DNA from: Dickeya dadantii NCPPB 898
GTDB lineage: Bacteria; Pseudomonadota; Gammaproteobacteria; Enterobacterales; Enterobacteriaceae
Direction: 5' to 3'
NCBI RefSeq assembly: GCF_000406145.1
Contig: NZ_CM001976.1
Span: 327,497 to 359,496 of the forward strand
DNA: 32,000 nucleotides
The notes beneath the pieces are model-generated. The model searched no databases. It was not told the DNA's origin and was given only the letters and a program-made list of their open reading frames with translations. Made by a program: the position numbers and the translations under genes. Below are positions 29,237 to 32,000 of the stretch, piece after piece (the first letter of the stretch is position 1; each line of letters begins with the position of its first letter).

Positions 29237-30397
29237 TTAATCCAGAATGATATGCGGATAGAAGCGGGATAAATCCTGAGTAATCAGTTCCCGGTCTTCC
29301 CGCAGACCGATACCGCAAGGGTTATCGCCCACCAGCCAACTGCCGATCAGCGTGTAGCTATCATTGAATCTGGGCAATGGGTGGAATTGCTGCACGATAG
29401 AACCTTCCTCGCCATAGGGGCCGTCCACGGCAGCGACTTGCTGACCCTGCCGATAAATCCGTATGTTGGCGCCTTCGCGGGAAAACAGCGGCTTGACCAC
29501 ATAGTCGCTCATCGCCGGCGGGTTATCTTCGGTGAAGTAGGCCGGCAGCAGGTTGGGGTGGTTGGGGAACATCTGCCACAGCATTGGCAGCAGCGCCTTG
29601 TTGGATACCACGCTTTTCCAGCCCGGCTCCAGCCAGCGTACCCCGGCGTCCGCCAGCTTGGTGGAGAAGGTTTCGCGCAGCATGAACTCCCACGGGTAGA
29701 GTTTGAACAGGTTGCCGATGGTGTTGTCCTGCAGATCGGTGAATTGCCCGCGGTCGCCTAAACCTATCTCATCAATGTACAGGAACTGGCTCGGCACGCC
29801 GGCTTCCTGCGCGCAATCCTGTAGGTATTGCACCGTACCGCGATCTTCATCGGTGTCCCGGCAGCAGGTGAAATGCATATTGCCGAAACCGTGGTGGGTG
29901 CGCAGATATTCAAAGCGTTCGATCAGCTGTTCCTGCAGGCTGTTGTACTGGTCCGCGTGCTGCGGCAGCAGGCCGGCATTGATCTGATCTTCCAGCCAGA
30001 TCCACTGAAAAAACGCCGACTCGTACAGCGACGTCGGAGTATCGGCGTTGTTTTCCAGCAGCTTAGCCGGATTCTTGCCGTCATAAGCCAAATCCAGCCG
30101 TGCATAAAGCGCCGGCTGGCGCGACAGCCACGAACTGCGCACGAAGTCCCAGGTGTGGCGGGGAATGCGGAATTTGGTCAGCAGCGCTTCGCTGTTGACC
30201 ACCTTATCGACCACCTGCAGGCACATCTGGTTCAGCTCGGCGGTCGCGTCTTCCAGCTCTTCAATCTGCGCCAGCGTAAACTGATAGTAAGCGTCTTCAC
30301 ACCAGTAGGGCTCGCCATACATGGTGTGGAACCGAAAACCATACTCGGCCGCTTTTTCCTGCCAGTTCGGGCGTTCGTTAATCGCAATGCGTTTCAT
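29237..30397 (-). CDS. ygiC: Glutathionylspermidine synthase-like ATP-grasp protein YgiC
   Basis: The 386-aa ORF reads [31 protein letters not shown]...[26 protein letters not shown]...[11 protein letters not shown] and is near-identical to E. coli YgiC. Confidence 0.93.
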   Translation of the reverse strand: MKRIAINERPNWQEKAAEYGFRFHTMYGEPYWCEDAYYQFTLAQIEELEDATAELNQMCLQVVDKVVNSEALLTKFRIPRHTWDFVRSSWLSRQPALYARLDLAYDGKNPAKLLENNADTPTSLYESAFFQWIWLEDQINAGLLPQHADQYNSLQEQLIERFEYLRTHHGFGNMHFTCCRDTDEDRGTVQYLQDCAQEAGVPSQFLYIDEIGLGDRGQFTDLQDNTIGNLFKLYPWEFMLRETFSTKLADAGVRWLEPGWKSVVSNKALLPMLWQMFPNHPNLLPAYFTEDNPPAMSDYVVKPLFSREGANIRIYRQGQQVAAVDGPYGEEGSIVQQFHPLPRFNDSYTLIGSWLVGDNPCGIGLREDRELITQDLSRFYPHIILD

Positions 30398-30408
30398 GGC
30401 GAGTGACC

Positions 30409-31170
30409 TTACCCCCCGAAAGAGCGGCGAATCGGCGTCGAGCTGCCGGTTTGACGGGTGCTGCTGCCGGTGGCGGATGAGCTACTGCTCGATGTGCCGG
30501 TCGCCGCGCGATCCCTATCCTGATTGCCGGTCATGTTGGCCGCCGGCGTACTGTTGAGTTTGTTCACGGAGTCGCCAAAGCCGCCGCGGGTGGTGGTGAT
30601 GCTGGATGACCTGACGCTGGAGGTCGGTTTGGGCGTCATTGCGTCTTTGGGGACGGTGATGGTGCGTCCGGTGGCGGAGCCATAATTTTTGCCGCTGGCG
30701 TCCACATAGCTGCCGTTGGCGGGATTATTGGGGGTATTCGGGCGGAATACCGGTTGCTGGGCAAAATTGTTGCCGCCCATCAGCTTGCCCATCATGAAAC
30801 CGGCCATCAGCGGCATCCAGAAACTGCCGCTCTGTTGAGGCGCGGCGGCGCTGGCCGTGGTGCTGGTTGTCGCGCTTTGCGTACACTGGCTTTCGCCGAA
30901 TGCCGCCACGCACTCTTCGCGGGTGGCGTACTTGGGCGCGGTTCTTTCCGCTTCTTTCCGGGCGTTGTTATAGGTGGTGGTGCACTGGTCCTTCATGGCC
31001 GGATTGGCACGAGAACAGTCGTCCGCGTTTTGGTAGAGCGAGACGGTTTCGTCGGTTTTCTCGCAACCGGAGAGAATAAAGACGGCGCCGACAGCCAGCG
31101 CGATCGGCGCGATACGGTAACCACAGCGCTTGCGGAAACGTGCGTGGTTGATGTTTGACGTTCTTTTCAT
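30409..31170 (-). CDS. ygiB: DUF1190 membrane-anchored protein YgiB
   Basis: The ATG at 31170 gives [14 protein letters not shown]...[33 protein letters not shown]...[19 protein letters not shown]...[15 protein letters not shown], matching E. coli YgiB. The stop lies 11 nt before the ygiC start. The track ORF starts 19 codons further upstream. Confidence 0.9.
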   Translation of the reverse strand: MKRTSNINHARFRKRCGYRIAPIALAVGAVFILSGCEKTDETVSLYQNADDCSRANPAMKDQCTTTYNNARKEAERTAPKYATREECVAAFGESQCTQSATTSTTASAAAPQQSGSFWMPLMAGFMMGKLMGGNNFAQQPVFRPNTPNNPANGSYVDASGKNYGSATGRTITVPKDAMTPKPTSSVRSSSITTTRGGFGDSVNKLNSTPAANMTGNQDRDRAATGTSSSSSSATGSSTRQTGSSTPIRRSFGG

Positions 31171-31321
31171 TGTTGTTGATCCCAGAACAAAGTTGATCCC
31201 AGAGCAAAAGGGCATCGTGCCCATCATTTACAGGTATTAAAACGGGTTTAAGAATAGGAGAAGGGTGAACAGCTTGTAAAGCGCCGGTGTTCAAGGCATA
31301 GCCTGTCTGAATGCGGCGGAT

Positions 31322-31355
31322 GAAAAGAGCAGGGGAGCCAGGACGGGTTCCCCTG
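31322..31355 (-). terminator. Rho-independent terminator of tolC
   Basis: On the minus strand, CAGGGGAACC-CGTCCT-GGCTCCCCTG forms a 10-bp stem with one G-U pair, followed by CTCTTTTC. It begins 8 nt after the tolC stop. Confidence 0.65.
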
Positions 31356-31362
31356 CGAAGCA

Positions 31363-32000
31363 TCAGGGCTTAGCCTTGGCGGCGGTTTTTGCTGCCGCTG
31401 GCGTGGTTGCCGGCGCCGGCGCATCGTCGCCGATGGCCGCCGATGTTGACACCGGTTTACCCAACATAGCGTTCAGGGTGCGCAGGTCGTCTTCATTGAG
31501 CGTACCGAGCGCCTGCTTGAGGTTCAGCTGGTTGATCAGGTAGTCATAGCGCGCGCCGGACAACTGCTGCTTGGCGTTGTACAACGTAGTGGTGGCGTCC
31601 AGCACATCAACGATGGTGCGGGTGCCCACCTGATAGCCGGCTTCCATTGCGTCCAACGAGCTTTGCGCCGAGATCACCGCCTGTTTGTAAGCGTTAACGC
31701 TGCTGATGGAGGCCGAGATGTTGTTATGCGCGGAGCGCAGCGTCTGGATTACCGAACGGTGTGCGCTTTCCATGCTTTCGCTGGAGGCCACAAAGCTGTG
31801 CTGCGCCTGTTTCACCCTGGATGAGGTGCCGCCGCCGCTGTAGATCGGCAGGGAGAAGCTCAGACCAACCTGATTCTGGCCCACATAGGTGTTGTTGAAG
31901 TTGTCGCCTACCGCGCGGGAGCCGGAGTAATCGGTATTGGTGACGCCGGTGGAGGCGGTCAGGTTAAGCGTCGGCAGATGGCCGCTTTCCGCGGAACGAA
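31363..32000 (-). CDS. tolC: Outer membrane channel TolC, C-terminal 212 codons; the 5' part lies beyond the window end
   Basis: The frame is open to the window edge. My translation reads ...LPTLNLTASTGVTNTDYSGS...GQNQVGLSFSLPIYSGG...AYKQAVISAQSSLDAMEAGYQVGTRTIVDVLDATTTLYNAKQQL...YLINQLNLKQALGTLNEDDL and is collinear with E. coli TolC. Confidence 0.92.
   Translation of the reverse strand, partial: RSAESGHLPTLNLTASTGVTNTDYSGSRAVGDNFNNTYVGQNQVGLSFSLPIYSGGGTSSRVKQAQHSFVASSESMESAHRSVIQTLRSAHNNISASISSVNAYKQAVISAQSSLDAMEAGYQVGTRTIVDVLDATTTLYNAKQQLSGARYDYLINQLNLKQALGTLNEDDLRTLNAMLGKPVSTSAAIGDDAPAPATTPAAAKTAAKAKP

Noticed and set aside
28234-30406. ORFs lie antisense to ygiD (28234..28998, 254 aa) and to ygiC (29828..30406, 192 aa; 29381..29761).
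   Set aside because: The opposite strands encode strongly conserved YgiD and YgiC. The antisense products are Arg/His/Gln-rich without domains or plausible RBS.

Overview
The window looks like conserved core chromosome of a Pectobacteriaceae-like enterobacterium such as Dickeya. That assignment is inferred only from about 55-58% GC and protein similarity to E. coli orthologues recalled from memory. I call 28 protein-coding genes (one of them frameshifted) and 2 RNA genes. In order they are: degQ (partial), zapG, zapE, a dienelactone hydrolase, rplM-rpsI, a TetR regulator with a frameshifted Bcr/CflA-type MFS pump, sspA-sspB, a GFA-family protein, gltD-gltB, yhcC, arcB, the sRNA ArcZ, elbB-mtgA, a secreted alginate-lyase-family protein, dolP-diaA-yraN-lpoA, rsmI, RNase P RNA (rnpB), a low-GC SdhL-like shikimate dehydrogenase paralogue, ygiD, ygiC-ygiB and the 3' part of tolC. 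I found no CRISPR array, tRNA or rRNA gene, IS element, integrase, prophage or recognisable defence or toxin-antitoxin module. I see no convincing novel multi-gene system. The points worth a second look are modest: (1) ArcZ, which is invisible in the ORF track and whose terminator overlaps the last arcB codons; (2) a one-base frameshift splitting the MFS pump next to its TetR gene and a candidate operator; (3) a single-gene AT-rich islet directly after rnpB; (4) yraN, which lacks a canonical start outside lpoA; (5) single accessory genes sitting at the junctions between blocks that are dispersed in E. coli K-12; (6) the 703-bp gltB/yhcC control region. The long ORFs antisense to gltB, gltD, ygiD, ygiC and rsmI are treated as high-GC artefacts.
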